Origin: Mobula hypostoma
Lineage: Eukaryota
Length of the DNA stretch: 64,000 nucleotides
Reading direction: 5' to 3'
Assembly: GCF_963921235.1 (NCBI RefSeq)
Contig: NC_086097.1
Location: 38,194,001 to 38,258,000 of the forward strand
The translations under genes and the position numbers were made by a program. Below are positions 12,613 to 26,030 of the stretch, piece after piece (the stretch's first letter is position 1; each line of letters opens with the position of its first letter). A model generated the notes under the pieces. That model saw only the letters and a list, made by a program, of their open reading frames with translations, ran no database searches and was not told the DNA's origin.

Positions 12613-12675
12613 CATACCGTACAGTGGTGGCTACATATTAAAAGATGGTAATTCACATGTACGTTAGCTGCTTAC

Positions 12676-12763
12676 CTTTGCCAGATAAAGTACTGTATCG
12701 ACCATTTCCTGTTGTCTTAATGCAGATTTAAATTGTTTCTCTGCCTCACGATACAAACCTAAT
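12676..12763 (-). CDS. TTC8: TTC8 exon 8 (LGLYREAEKQFKSALRQQEMVDTVLYLAK)
   Basis: 88 nt, gctaaag| and |gtaagc junctions, TPR sequence. Confidence 0.96.
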
Positions 12764-13350
12764 CTTTAGCAAAAAAAAGGAAAATAGTTTGTAAAATGTA
12801 GAAAATGTTAAAAATATGCATTTTTAAGTCATTCACCTGGGGCATTGGCTCAAATTTTGAACACAGTGGCAAAATAATGGTGCTCACCATTGACCTACAA
12901 GCTTAAATGACTCTGCAGATAGGTACCCTCTGTCCTGAAGTTTGTTTCAAATCAGTGCCTTAGTCGTGGATTGAATGCTGCTTACAATGCAGTAAGCAGG
13001 TTGACCAATGCAAATTAAGAATTCTCAAATACAGTGAAGGAATAAAAATAAATTGTAATTAAATCTTTATATTAAAATTAAAATAAACATTGTTCTTTTA
13101 ACTCCTTGTGCCTGTCTCAACAGAACACAAACCTTATTAAAATGTGTAAATTTTAAAATAGCTTATTATGCTGGGAAATACCAGCTGGCCCACACACAAC
13201 TGCAGACATTTGCTCCTGCAAGTATAAGAATTTTTACAGGCAGGGAGGTACTGAACTTGTTGGCACTGCTCCATACAAAATTTTCTGTCTGAATTCTGGT
13301 AAACTAAAAGTAAAATATAAATTTGGTGAATTCTCCAGCAATTAAATTGA

Positions 13351-13546
13351 GGAATAAACAGAAGAGATTCTGCAGACGCTGTTAATCCAGGGCAATCCAC
13401 ACAAAATACTGGAAGAACTCAGCAGGTCAGGCAGCATCTATCGATGGGTTCTGAAGAATAGTCTCGGCCCAAATCATCAACTGTTTATACTCCTCCACAG
13501 ATGCTGCCTGACCTGTTGAGTTCCTCCAGCATTTTGAGTGTGTTGT
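13351..13546. mobile_element. Fold-back PLE-derived element with imperfect 10-bp TSD
   Basis: Inverted arms ~13398-13440 and ~13498-13543. ATTAAATTGA/ATTAGATTGA flanks. Degenerate hammerhead at 13446-13483. Confidence 0.7.
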
Positions 13547-14413
13547 ATTAGATTGACTGATTAACCTGAATCAAGTTAGGCATGAGAAATAGCTGCAATG
13601 AACAGCTAAGATATTATTTAGATTTCACTTTTAAATTACCTAGAGTTTTCTTTAAATGTATTAATTGTTTTGTTTAAATATTTTTGTTTAAACTAAATAT
13701 TTTTGAAACTGTTTATATTTTAAAAAGTTTTTTCATAACTATGGGCAGAGATTGTTCTAGCCCATCTGTCTTCCATTGTGCAAGATTATTCCATTTATGA
13801 TCGGGACATTATGAACCAGCAAGCCAGTAGCAAGGAATGCATCAAACACACAGCCACATTTTCCTCCCATAGGCAAGTGGCTCGGTAACAGCAGCAAGTT
13901 CAATCCTTCTGAGCAAACAAAATTCCACAAACTGCACAGTCTCAGAGTTTGCTGGGCAGTATTAATGAAAACCAGATAGTACAATGGTTAACAGTAACAC
14001 AGTTCTCGTCGGAGAAAATAATTCATATATAACTGGCATTCATATTAATTAGTGATTTTCAAATTATTCCATCCACAAGGACAACAAGAATCGTAGCAGC
14101 ACTGTCAACAACTTCTAGATTAATCACAGAACCCATTTTTTTTACTTTTAGTGGCAAATTGAATTGTTTTGTCAATGCCCACAAGTGACTGGCCATAACA
14201 AGAATCTCCAACCATAACTGGGCAACGTCAGCGGTTGCTCTGTGTTTTGCATTGCAATAGTGATGTGCGTTCACCTTCATGGTTTGTACTACTGGGCTAA
14301 TATTTTCTGCATTATTAATCTGAAAGTATTGAACGTAACAACGAAATGTTACAATAAATCTGTGGTCAATAACAAAAATCTTTAATAAAATCAACGCAAA
14401 TCTAGCTCCTTAC

Positions 14414-14499
14414 CTGTAATAACATTTGCCAATTTGGACCTTCCACCACCAATCCTTAAACTGAGACTGCTCAGTTGCGAGTGCTGCCAAATCTAAAGC
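14414..14499 (-). CDS. TTC8: TTC8 exon 7 (ALDLAALATEQSQFKDWWWKVQIGKCYYR)
   Basis: 86 nt, diagnostic DWWWK motif, tgacag| and |gtaagg junctions. Confidence 0.97.
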
Positions 14500-14649
14500 C
14501 TGTCAGAAATAAAAAAGATTCAACTTTTATTGAAAACTGTGCTGATTTTTGTGATATTCTTTCTTAAAATAGGTAATTTCAAGTGGCATTTGACAAAAGA
14601 AGTTATGACAAAGTAGTCTAGGGTAAAATGGCAGAGAGTAATTGAACCA

Positions 14650-15430
14650 GTAGATGAAAGTGGTGTCACAGGTAGACATGGTGGTGAAAAAAGCATTTAG
14701 CACACTGGTGTTCGTCAATCAGGACACTGAATATGGTATTTGGGACATTATATTGCAGTTGTACAAGTCGTTAGAGACGTATTTAAACTGGTAAGACTGC
14801 AGAAATTATTTACGAGGATGTTACCAAGACTAGAGGGTCTGAGTTATAGGGAGAGGTTGGTAAGGTTAGGTAGTTATTTCTTAGAACATGGGAGAATTAA
14901 AAAAGTCTTCTTCACTCAGTAGAGGAGTCCAAAACTAGGGGAACAGGTTTAGGGTGAGAAGGGAAAGATTTAAAAAGGGCCTGGCAAGCAAGATTTTCTT
15001 TCTTTTTCTTTATTAATCTTTTTATTGAATTAAAAGGAACATAAATACAAACAAGAGGAGAATTATCTCAGATATACATATCAATAACAATACCAACCGA
15101 GATTGATATAGACATTATCTACAAACACCGTATGTAGTGTTCAGCTGGTATATAATATGTAAAAACAGCAATTCTCCTCTTGTCAGTTCATAAGCAAGAT
15201 TTTCACAAAGAGAGTGGTGAGTAAATGGAATGAGCTGCCAAAAAAAGTGTTTGAATTTAAAAAGTGACTGTACATTTAAGATACTCTTGAATAGGTACAT
15301 AAAGGAAAGGGGCTTAGAAGAGTATGGGCTGAATACAGGAAATGGGACTAGCTGGGTGGAAACTGTGGTCAGCATGCACTTGTTTGGCTGAAGAACCTGT
15401 ATCCATGCTATATTGCTTTATGGACTCTAA
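14650..15430 (+). mobile_element. CR1 3' fragment with an AT-rich insert (~14995-15190)
   Basis: FTRMLPRLEGLSYRERL; typical 3'UTR. Confidence 0.7.
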
Positions 15431-16709
15431 AAAGTAATTTTTGAAGTCACATTTTTGTCAAATTATTTATTAACTATTGATTTTATAAATGTTGTACCTA
15501 ACGACATTTGTGCTTAGCTTTTTATACAAATGGATAATGGTATAAGTATAAAATAGACAATTTAATACTGCAGTTCCCATTCTAAGTATCGACTTAGGAT
15601 TTTAAGTATACAAATGCCTGGTTTCCAATTACAATTTAGTACCTTTACTGAAAGGCCGCAGAGATAAGCCATGTAATTACAGGTCAATGAGACTGGCATC
15701 AATGGTACAGAATTTGCTAGAAAGAACTCTGAAGAGTAGAATTAACCTCTACTTGGAAAGGCAGGGATTAATCAAAATAGCAAGCTGGCACTGTTAGACA
15801 GTAATTTGAATGATATTTTTGATGAGGTACCAATCTGAGCAGTGCAGTTGTAATCTACTTGGACCTGTAAGGCCTTGGATTTATTTCTACACAAGAGATC
15901 GGCTCAGGAGTTGGTGGAGAGTCGTTTCTGTGACTAGAAGCTTTAAACCATAGTGCTGTAACCATTGTTGTATGCTATACATACACTAATGATATTGATT
16001 TTATAACATAATTAGCAAGTTAGCAATGAGATTGGTAGATATGCAGATTAGCTGATAGAATAGATAGAGTAATGGCATATGAACTGTACTCACGTGTGAG
16101 TTCTACTAAGAGTATGATATATAAGCACTTGGAGAGTTCTATTGTAGATATTGGTCAGTTGCCTATGAATCTCAAATATGCTAGCACTTATGAATAAATA
16201 TTGGCACTTTCATGTAGAATTCCCCCCAGATGGTGCAATTCTACCACCTAGTAAAATAGGGTTTTTTTATTTTTATTACAAACAAAATCCTGTTTTTATT
16301 AAAATCATACCAAGCAATTTTTATAATCCTCCCTCTATAAAATACTAAAATATAGTTTTAATCAATTGATGCCTAAGGTTGACAGGCAAGGTCAATAAAT
16401 ACTGTTACATGCCTGGAAATTTAATTATGTTGAACAATTACAAATTGTTAGCGTTCGTTATCCCAAGTCCAAAGACACCAAACCATATAAATTGCATTAC
16501 TATTGTTTTCATGTAATGCTTGCAAACCAATCACAAACATAACAATAAGATCCTTTTTTGATTTTGTAAAAAATTTTCATTTTATAAAGAAAGTTCTTTA
16601 ATCAGCTTCATCTGACGTTAACTCTATATTTTGATGCAGGTAAATTATTATGGGTAGATTTTTCAAATTAACACCAGTAAGTACACTTGCTCCATGCTCT
16701 ATTTCTGAA

Positions 16710-17000
16710 ATGTAAGATATAAAATATAGGAGAAGAATTAGGCCATTTGGCCAATCGAATCTGCTCTGCCATTTCATCACAGCCGATCCAATTTTCTTCT
16801 CAGCCCCACTCTCCTGCCTTCTCCCCATATCCCTTCATGCCCTGAACAATCAAGAATCTATCAACCTCTGCCTTAAATATGCATAAAGATTTGGCCTCCA
16901 CAGCTGCCTGTGGCAAAGAATTCCACAGATTCACCACTCTCTGGCTAAAGAAATTTCTCCTCATCTCCAGTCTAAAAGGATGCCCCTCTATTCTGTGGCT
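16710..17000 (-). mobile_element. CR1 3' end
   Basis: Reverse complement matches 10160-10440. Confidence 0.75.
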
Positions 17001-17309
17001 TATGATTCAAGGTCAATGCTAAAAGGCACAGTAAAAAATCTATTTGTTATGTTTGTGGTACTGGGAAGCCAGGTGGCCATGAATAACATGCAAGAGAGAT
17101 GGAGAGGTGAGGAAAAATCATGCAGTTGTTTATTTTGTTTGTAAGTCATCTAACCAGAATGCCCTCTCACATTACGTTCAGTATGTAACACACAGGGAAG
17201 CGTGACAACAGCCCATAGGGTCAAAATATACAACAATACATAACACAATCTATTTTTCATAATATTGTACATATTATATGTACATGTAGTATATATACAC
17301 ACACACATA

Positions 17310-17707
17310 CAGTTTTGTGCAAAAGTCTTAGGCACATGTAAAAAAATTCTGTAAAGCAAAGATGCTTACAAATATAATGAAATGAGAAGTTTCTAGATAT
17401 CAAAAAAATTACTATAAAGAGTAGTAAACAATAAATCAAATCAATATTTGCTGTGACTACCCTTCGCTTTTAAAACGGTATCAATTCTCTTTGGTACACT
17501 GTTGTGCAGTTTTATAAAAAAATCAGCTGGTCGGTTGTTCCAAGCATCTTGGAGATCTTGCCACAGTTCATCTGCAGAATTTGGCTGTCTCGCTTGCTTC
17601 TGTCTCTCTAGGTAATCCCAGAGAGCCTTGATGATATTGAGATCAGGGCTCTGTGGATCTGAAACTATATAAAAGTCTGGGGTGCCTAAGACTTTTGCAC
17701 AGTATAT
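17310..17707 (-). mobile_element. Internally deleted Tc1-like element (~400 bp)
   Basis: TIRs GTGCAAAAGTCTTAGGCAC / GTGCCTAAGACTTTTGCAC; transposase C-terminus QSPDLNIIKALWDYL..RIDTVLKAKG. Confidence 0.88.
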
Positions 17708-17768
17708 ATACAGTATAAACAAGCATGCCCATGGTCGAAACAATATTGAGGATTTATTGATGACTTAC

Positions 17769-17813
17769 AGTTTTTACATCATTTTCATGATGAAAAATAT
17801 ATTCAAAAAGTGC
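17769..17813 (-). CDS. TTC8: TTC8 exon 6 (ALFEYIFHHENDVKT)
   Basis: 45 nt, ttttcag| and |gtaagt junctions. Confidence 0.96.
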
Positions 17814-18957
17814 CTGAAAAAAATAAAATATACAAACAAATTCACCTTAGTTAACTTCCCAAACTCAGGATTGATAACTCTAATTTAAAAAAATTAACAC
17901 ACCCAACAATGCCCTTTTGTATTAAAAAATGTTTATTTTGAACAATTGGAGGAAAAATCCAAGAGGGAGATTTTGCTGCCACTGTTTTTTTCCCAAAAGC
18001 AAATTCTACTACCAGTTTTCATTTGTGGACTACTGCAGATGGTAAATGTAATGTTTTGTTTATACTTTCAGAGTAATATTAAATTGTGTGCTCAGTTTGC
18101 TCAAGTTACAAGGCAATTAAAGGAATGCCCTTGTGGGATCTAGATCTGGATTAATCACCTCCAGAAAAGAGCTAAATTCCAACTTGTAAGCTGCATTCTG
18201 GAACTGCATCAAAGTAACCAACTAAGATATGGCCCAGATGCAAACATGGTTAAAGAAGCCAAAAAGACTTCCCTATGGCTTATAAAGAAATGTTTACCAA
18301 AAAAAAATTGCTGGACCAAATTTGATCCTTTATTGTTTGTTGACATATTCCACAGATGGCTCTAAGGCGATTTAGACTTGCACAACCTAGTTAAAGTTAT
18401 ATTAGTGTTTGACTTGCACCTAAGAACCTGTCTTTGGCAAGTATGTCTGGCATCTTCTAAAACCTCAACATTTATTGGTGCTGGGTCAAAGTCCCAGCTC
18501 TGCCCAAGCAATTGCTGAAGTAGAAATAACATTTAAAACAATATCAAAATAGAGGTTTTGAATCTCAACTTCAAAAGTACCATTAATAAAATATTCATTA
18601 AGCAATTACTCTAATGAGACTTCTTAAAAATAAGCTTACAACAAATACAATGAAGATTATGGCTCAGAGTTTCTGTCATGGGTGCAGTCAGAAATCCAAA
18701 TTATGTTAGAAATTACACAAGTTTTGCAAATAGAAATGACAACAGAATGTAATTCCTTAAAACAAAACTTATTAAAAATGTAATGAGTAACCTGGCATAG
18801 TTTTGTCAAGAAAGCAGAAAATAGGATTAAGAGTATAAGCTTAATATGAATATCCACTTTTCCTAGAAGTTGATTCAGAAGAAATGAAAAATTTTAATAC
18901 TCAAATCTCAAAGCCAGCAAAAACTTTGGGCCTATGCATTTAAAGTTTGGTACAAAC

Positions 18958-19047
18958 CTTAGCTAAATTTGGCTTTCCAGCATATTTAGCTAGATTCAGT
19001 CTGGATAAATTAATAAAAGGTCCATCAGGGTTAGTAAGCATGGACGC
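18958..19047 (-). CDS. TTC8: TTC8 exon 5 (ASMLTNPDGPFINLSRLNLAKYAGKPNLAK)
   Basis: 90 nt, tctgtag| and |gtttgt junctions. Confidence 0.96.
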
Positions 19048-19157
19048 CTACAGAAAGATGAAAAAAATACTTTTAGTTGTGGTTCCAATATAATTCATAA
19101 ATGAAAATGAAAATACCTTAGATTTGAAAGAAAATATTCTTCTAGAAAAAAAATTAC

Positions 19158-19317
19158 CGTTCCTAGCCTAACATATCTACCAGAAGCACTTGTCACTGGT
19201 TGGGCTGTGTAGGCAGTTCTTGGAGTCTTGATAGCTTGCTCCATAGTGCCAGGTCTGCCAGACTGGGTGCCTGGTCTTACAAATCCAGTAATGGGTCTTC
19301 CAGATTGAGACATGGGT
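19158..19317 (-). CDS. TTC8: TTC8 exon 4 (PMSQSGRPITGFVRPGTQSGRPGTMEQAIKTPRTAYTAQPVTSASGRYVRLGT)
   Basis: 160 nt, lies within ORF 19095..19466, ctcacag| and |gtaatt junctions. Confidence 0.97.
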
Positions 19318-20083
19318 CTGTGAGAAGAGATAAACAGTCTGATTAGAAATACAGGGGGAAAAAACAAATTCCACGGGAGGAGGTGAGGGGAGGTGAGATT
19401 CTTACAATTCACTTTTGCAGAATCCTGCAGTCTAATGCTCTGTAGCATAAGTGGTTGGATGTGCAAGTATACTCCTTACTTATAGTATTGTTTTAAAAAG
19501 GCTTTTTTTTAAAAAAGGCTTTGGCACTTAAGGTGTCTAGTCAGTGTTATGTTATTGCCAGATGATAAAATAAAAGTCTTGGACTTGGGTAAAAACAGCA
19601 CATTATAATGGCAACAGATTATGCATTCTATTTTTGGGGAAAAAGAAATTTTACAGTTTGGATAGCTTTGAATTCTGAGATATCCTGATAAGCCCTTGTA
19701 TAAATCAGACACCAAGCTGACCAAACTAAACAAGGACTAAGCATAATTTTATTCAAATATTATTATCTTATACTACTGCAGTAACTGCACTTCAAGTTCT
19801 TTTTAAAACTATAGCTCTTTGGTAAAAGTATATATAGTTAATGGTCCTATATAAATAAATTATTCTTTCCTTCCTTCTAGCAGGATGCAAAGCCCTAGGT
19901 AAGTTTTCCACTTTTATAAACTAAAGGATTTTAGAAGCTATCTGAAATTTCACTCTAACTGAGCTTAGCCATTGCATTGCACAGCGCACACAAATTCAAA
20001 ACAGAACTTTTCCTGCTTTGTGTAATTTGTTATCACAATATGTAACCAAGTTATCAAGGGAGTCCATAGTTCAACCAGAATAC

Positions 20084-20147
20084 CTGACAGCCAGGCTAGG
20101 ACCTCCACCTTGATTGACTCCAGGGAGTTTTAAAGAGGTTCCAGGTC
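20084..20147 (-). CDS. TTC8: TTC8 exon 3 (RPGTSLKLPGVNQGGGPSLAVR)
   Basis: 64 nt, tttcag| acceptor, |gtattc donor, RPGTSLK motif. Confidence 0.96.
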
Positions 20148-21542
20148 CTGAAAGTAAAACAAATATTCTTCAGAGATATCTGTAAAAATCAGTTCAAAAA
20201 TCCCAATACTGTTTCATCAGCTGTTGTAGGTAAATTGCATCTTTATACATAGTGACAAAATTAAAAAAGGTGACTTTTGTACACAGACTCAATAGATTCT
20301 GCAGATGCTCAAAGTCTTGATGAAGGGTCTCAGCCCAAAACATCAACTCTTCATTTCCCTTCAGAGATGGTGTCTGGCTTGCTGAGGTTCTCATTTTAGT
20401 ACATTACTGATTACAAATACATCAAACCAATGCAAATATGTTAAAGGCAGTAAAGTATGAACAATGAATATTCTTAACCTGTAAAAGAAAGAGGTATCAT
20501 ATCCCATTTGAGAAACTTGACTACCTAAGTTGGGACATCTGTGTATGATGCCCTCCAGGTAAAGTGGTCAAGCAATAGATTGCAAATGTTTTTTTAAAAT
20601 ATATAATGCTAAACAATCCATTTCCCACCCATGTCTGCTTCACAACTTTGCCAGATCAATTCAATATCAATTCTTTTATCATACTTACTCCACGGCTTCG
20701 TGATAAATATTTACATTTTTTCCCATATAAATCCCTCTGTTGAGGGATCGTCAACAAGGTCCACACAGGTTTCCTTATTTATTCTTCTAGCTCCTCTATT
20801 AAATTGTCATTGAGTTTACTGTCATGTGCTACAGTAGGATGAGGGACATGTACTGTGAAAAACTTGCAGCACTTTCATAAGCTGAATTGCATTGGTCTAC
20901 ATCAAACACTACCTATGGTAAATTACTTCATGTCCAGCAATTTTATCCAATGAATTTTCTCATTGTTTTTCCCATTTTCAGTAACAATTTTAAATTGGTA
21001 AGTCCTCACAATAACGTTTAAACAAAAAAAAATCCCTTATTTACATGTTTTTAAAAAATTGCTTCAGTAGAAGCTTCAATCTTCTTTCAAAATAGTGGTA
21101 GCTTACCTCTAATCAGACTTAGGGATCAGTACTTTGGTGTTTTAAGTTGTTTTTACAATATAATAGTAATTCAAAATTGAGCACAGCATTACATTTCTGT
21201 ATGACAATCAGTGTCAAGGAAAGCCCAGAATGATTTTCAAATAGATTTGTTCATCATTCAAAGAAATCTACAGATGGGTTCTGTTCCTCCATTATCTTTC
21301 TTTTCAATTCCCCCATTGTGTGTACTCTCCCACTCCTTTCATTTCACCTCAAAAGAATCATCTTATACTTCATTTAAATTGATTACATATTTTGCTAATC
21401 TGTTGTTTTTCTTCTAAATGAGTTTAAGTCTGATTCACTGCTTGCCAAATATCCTATATATTGCCATCTGTAAGTTTCAGTCCTAAGATCTGATTGAACG
21501 TTTTAAAAAGTTATCAGCTAAGCTGGTTACTGAAGTACTTAC

Positions 21543-21663
21543 GGGCAATTTGTGCAATAGCATTATCATCCAGCATTACTTCAGCTATTCCTTCTTGATC
21601 TACGTCTACCTCATCCACATACACCATCTCTGTTAAGGCTCGTGTTTTCAAGCTCCATGCCGC
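21543..21663 (-). CDS. TTC8: TTC8 exon 2 (AAWSLKTRALTEMVYVDEVDVDQEGIAEVMLDDNAIAQIA)
   Basis: 121 nt, tctgtag| acceptor, |gtaagt donor, frame continuous with exons 1 and 3. Confidence 0.97.
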
Positions 21664-22639
21664 CTACAGAATAAATAAATATCCATTTCAGGATTATGAT
21701 TACAACTTGACATCAAATTGGAATTAGAGAAACAAAGCTTGTATAGGACAGAGGAGCAGATAAGGGACCAGAGACTTCCTAATCAGCAGCAAAAGAATGA
21801 CCTACCTCTGACATAGAACCAATCATGTCCCTTCTGCAAGGACCAGTGTCATGAAACCACTGGAATGTAACTAAATTGTCCAAATAATCAATCAGACAGA
21901 TGGCAGACCAGAAAGTAAACATGTTTTCATTTTTAGAACATTTTATAGCCAGTATGTCAAGTATGTTGATTAAGATAATCAGAAATCTTGTAAAGAATCT
22001 TCCAGAATATTTCCAAAGCCATATCTTCTAAGATTTTTAAGGGAATGAGATTCCACAAAACATTCACTGCTATAAATGTTAGAATCATGGCTTAGTATGC
22101 AAATAAAATTTCAGTTATGTTTTATTCAGTAAATCAGAACACCGTCAGTGTTTTACAGCAAGAATAGTGGGCAAATATAGTAGTTCTAGTCATTCACTGA
22201 TTCAAAGATAACAATAATCCACAGTCTGTGAAGGAAAAATGAATTTTGATCTTTTCACATATATTCAAAAACTGCTGCCAGATATCCTCCAATATCAGTA
22301 TACACAGCCAGCCTCACTATTTTTCTCACAGCAAACCCCTGATTATTGAGGGAATAGGTGAAGCTTCTGCATAATGCTTCTACATAACAGAAACAATGAG
22401 GCTCTGATTGCTATACTTTGTAGTCCAGAAACAAAGCTTTTTTGCTGGTGGGGAAGGGGCGTCGTTGCTTTATTGCTGCTTATGTGTGGGAGCGGGGAGC
22501 TGGGAGGGTCTTTGGGGTTCTAACATTGAACATTTCTTTATGTGTCTGATTTCATAAATAAGATAACACCTCACTTTTTTGGATATTATGTTGATAATAA
22601 AAGCAGGTGTTACTGAAGAATGAAGAACTGCTGTACAAG

Positions 22640-23100
22640 TTGTTTGAGGATGAGCCAGTAGAATAGATAAGTGAAAAGCAATGGAAGTGCTATATTTGAA
22701 TCTTGAGAAGGCTTTTATGGACCCAATATAGTTAGAAACACACAGAATTAGGGATTTTGTTCTGAAATTAATTGCAAATTGATTATTGGAGAGAAAACAA
22801 GCCAGCAATGAACAAATCTTATTCAGGTTGGCAGACTGTAATTAGTGGAGAACTGGAGGAGTTGATGCTTAGGGCCCAGCTATTCACAGTCTGCATCAAC
22901 AATTTGACTGAGGAGCAGGTCGTTATATTTTCCAATTTTGCTCTTGATAAGAAAAAACTCAATGGGATTAAGAGTAGAAAGGAGGCTGTAAAGAGGTTTC
23001 AAGGCAAATACACAAGCCGCTTGAATGAACATCTTGAGAGCGGGAAGAAAATTTGGAAAAATATGGAGTTAAATGTATTGGTGGACAAAATAGAAACCAG
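22640..23100 (+). mobile_element. Old CR1 RT fragment
   Basis: Degenerate SGWQTVISG..LFTVCINNL..NFALD. Confidence 0.6.
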
Positions 23101-25289
23101 AATATTTGGGCAAGTCAGGGTTCTCATGAACGTTAGAGAATATCTGGTCAACAAAGGTATTTAGAGAAAGAAAGACTGGGAGAAAATTGAAATAAAAACT
23201 AGAAGATGAGGGTTGTTAGAGAGTTGAATGCTGTTTTAATTTACAAGCCCACTCTAATCTATCTCTCTATAGCTCCCTCAGTGTTAAAACGAGACCCAAA
23301 ATAATTAAGCTAAAGCACTTCATTTACTGTTTGGGCATGTTGTAGCCTTCCAAACTCAAAACCCAATCTATTTTTTACTTCTGAAATGTAGAAAAGATCA
23401 CTTGGTGAACATTGTGTATACCACAGTAAATTGGAACAAGTCTTTATCAATAGCTGTCTCATTTGAAATAACTGCTTGGGACCCTGGATAGAGGCAAGTG
23501 AAGAGGTGAAAGTACAGGTATGGTATTTCTTGCTGTTGCATAGGAGAGTGCAATAAGTCCTTCCTCCACTGGACCATTTGAAAGCCTTCTTCTCAATGCA
23601 TTTACTAAATAAAACTAGCAATAATACTTATTAAATCTTCAATACTTATTTCCCATGGCATCAATACAACAGCTGACTGAAGTAAATTTTGGTTAAGGAA
23701 AAAAGGTTCAAAGGTTTATTTTATTGGCAAAGTATGCATTTACAATACAACTCTGATATCCGTCTTCTCCAGATAGCCATGAAATACAGAAAAACCATGG
23801 GAATTGTTGAAAAGAAAAGCCATCACCTCCCCCAACACAAAAAAGAAAAAGAAACAAAATTTGCAAACCCTAATACCACTGCCCCCCTCCTTCGCACAAA
23901 AAAACTAAGGAATCGCCCAGACCCACAAAACCCAAAGACCCAACCCCCTCCCTAAGTGACGATAACATCAAAACCCAGCCCGCTCCCTCACCGAAATAAA
24001 AGCGGCAATAGCATCAAATTCTCAGCCCCGTCCTCACTGAAAAGAACAGCAACGATAGCATCAAAACCCCCAGCCCCCATCTCACAAACAGGAACAGATT
24101 CGCCCACATAGAAAAACACCAACAGGATAATCAGACCCCAAATCCCCAACTTATCCCTCGCATAAAAAGTAACATATCACACACCGCCAATCAGCAACAA
24201 GAAAGAAAAGCACCGAAAACTTAAGGAAATCACTAATCACACAAATCTCAGAATATCGAAAACATCTTTCTGTCAGCTTTCAAGGAGTGTGGCTGCACCA
24301 ACTCAGTCCTTCCATGAAGAGCGACTGCCACGCCAGGTCCGAACGCAAATGCTGCCGACCCAGCCACTGAGCCCGTGGTCTCTGTTCAGATCAACTGCTG
24401 ACCTCCTCCGCATTCACCTCAATGCTTCAATCTTCCTCGCCACTTCGAGATGTCGTCATTCATGACCCCACGTCCTGTCTCTGGTCTTTTCCATGAGTTA
24501 GCTCGTGGCCTCAATACTTTTCAGGTCCCCGTCTCTGGTCTTCTCCACGAGGCAGCTCTCCAGCCACAGCAGAGCACTAGATCATTCGATCGAATTTCAA
24601 ACTGCACATCACAGGTACATGGCATTAACACAATCCAGTCAAAAAAAAAACAAGCAGAAGACATACAGAAAGTGGAAGAATCGAAGAGGTTGGCTATCCA
24701 GAAGATGTTGTCCGAAGAATTGTCGTTCACTGGTGCCATCTTGACCGGAGGTCAAGCACATTAAAGAATGGTGCAAAACGGGGTCAGAAATGGCCAGGAA
24801 ATAAGTTGGATGCAGTGCAAAACATTTTCAAAACAAAACCAAAAATCTTTTACTTCAAAGAAAACCTTCCTCAATGAGCAATGCTTGAGCTTGTCCACTA
24901 TTATTCATCAAGTGTATACTTAACTGACTTTCAGAATCACTTATTATTTCCAAACCAAAAGATTTTTATTTTGCAAGGATTTCATAGCTACAGGACGAAG
25001 GAAAAATGTGGGAAAGGATGTTGGGGAATCTAGTTTTGTGAGATTTATTTTTACCTCAGTTAGAATGGTTTTAATTTCACTTTCCTTGGCAAGCATGAAA
25101 AAGAAATTCAACAAATATCACTTTAAATATTACGTAGAACTGTTATAATACAGCACAATCAATTATCATACGAGATGAAAATTCAATATCTTTTCCTCAT
25201 AGAATATTGAAAACCACTAATTAGTATTTTTTGCCTTGCCCGCAAGTTATTGCGCCTAGTAGCAGGTTATGATTGTTATAAGATACTCA

Positions 25290-26030
25290 TGGGATCTTAC
25301 CCATACAAGAGGGTAGTGGTGAGAGGTTTTTTATTCTGGATAGAGGTTTGCAGAGTTGGTGAGTAAATCTGTAGATAACACAACATTGTAGCATTGTGAG
25401 TTACATGGATGATTGCCAAAGAATACAGTGACAGATGTATCAGCTGCAAATATCGGCAGATAAGTGGCAGATGTACTTTAATGGTTACACCACATTTAGA
25501 GTACTGTGTTCAATTCTGGTTACCTCATTATAGGAAGGATATGACTTTGGAGAGGGTGGCAGAAGTGGTTGAGCAGGATGTTGTGTGGTTTGCTGGGCAC
25601 ATGCTATGAGCAGAGATTGGACATGCTGGGCCTATTTCTCTAGAGCAGCAGAGGTCAAAAGGAGATTTGATAGTAGCTTATAGGGGCATAGATAAACTGC
25701 CAGTATCTTTTTCCTAGGACAGGAATGTCTGATATTAGAGGACATACATTTGTAAGGGCGGGGGGGGGGGGGAAGTACAAAGGAGATGTGATGTTTTTAA
25801 AACACAGAGAAGTGGGGACCTGGAATGCACTGCCAGGAGTGGTGATATGAGAGGCAGACAGAAATATTTAAGAAACTCTTGATAGACACGTGAACATGCA
25901 GAGAAGGGAAGGATATGGTCAATGTACAGGTAAGAGGGATTAGATTAATGCGAAGTCATTGGTTGAATTACTTTGGCACACCATCATGAGCCATAGGGCC
26001 TGTCCTGTACTGTATTATTCCATATTGAAT
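25290..26030 (+). mobile_element. Decayed CR1 3' fragment
   Basis: PHLEYCVQFWLPHYRKD. Confidence 0.75.

Noticed and set aside
21806..21833. 28-nt candidate microexon (cttgcag|...|gtaggt) upstream of TTC8 exon 2
   Set aside because: Frame-shifting, weak polypyrimidine tract and no homology; likely chance splice-like motifs.
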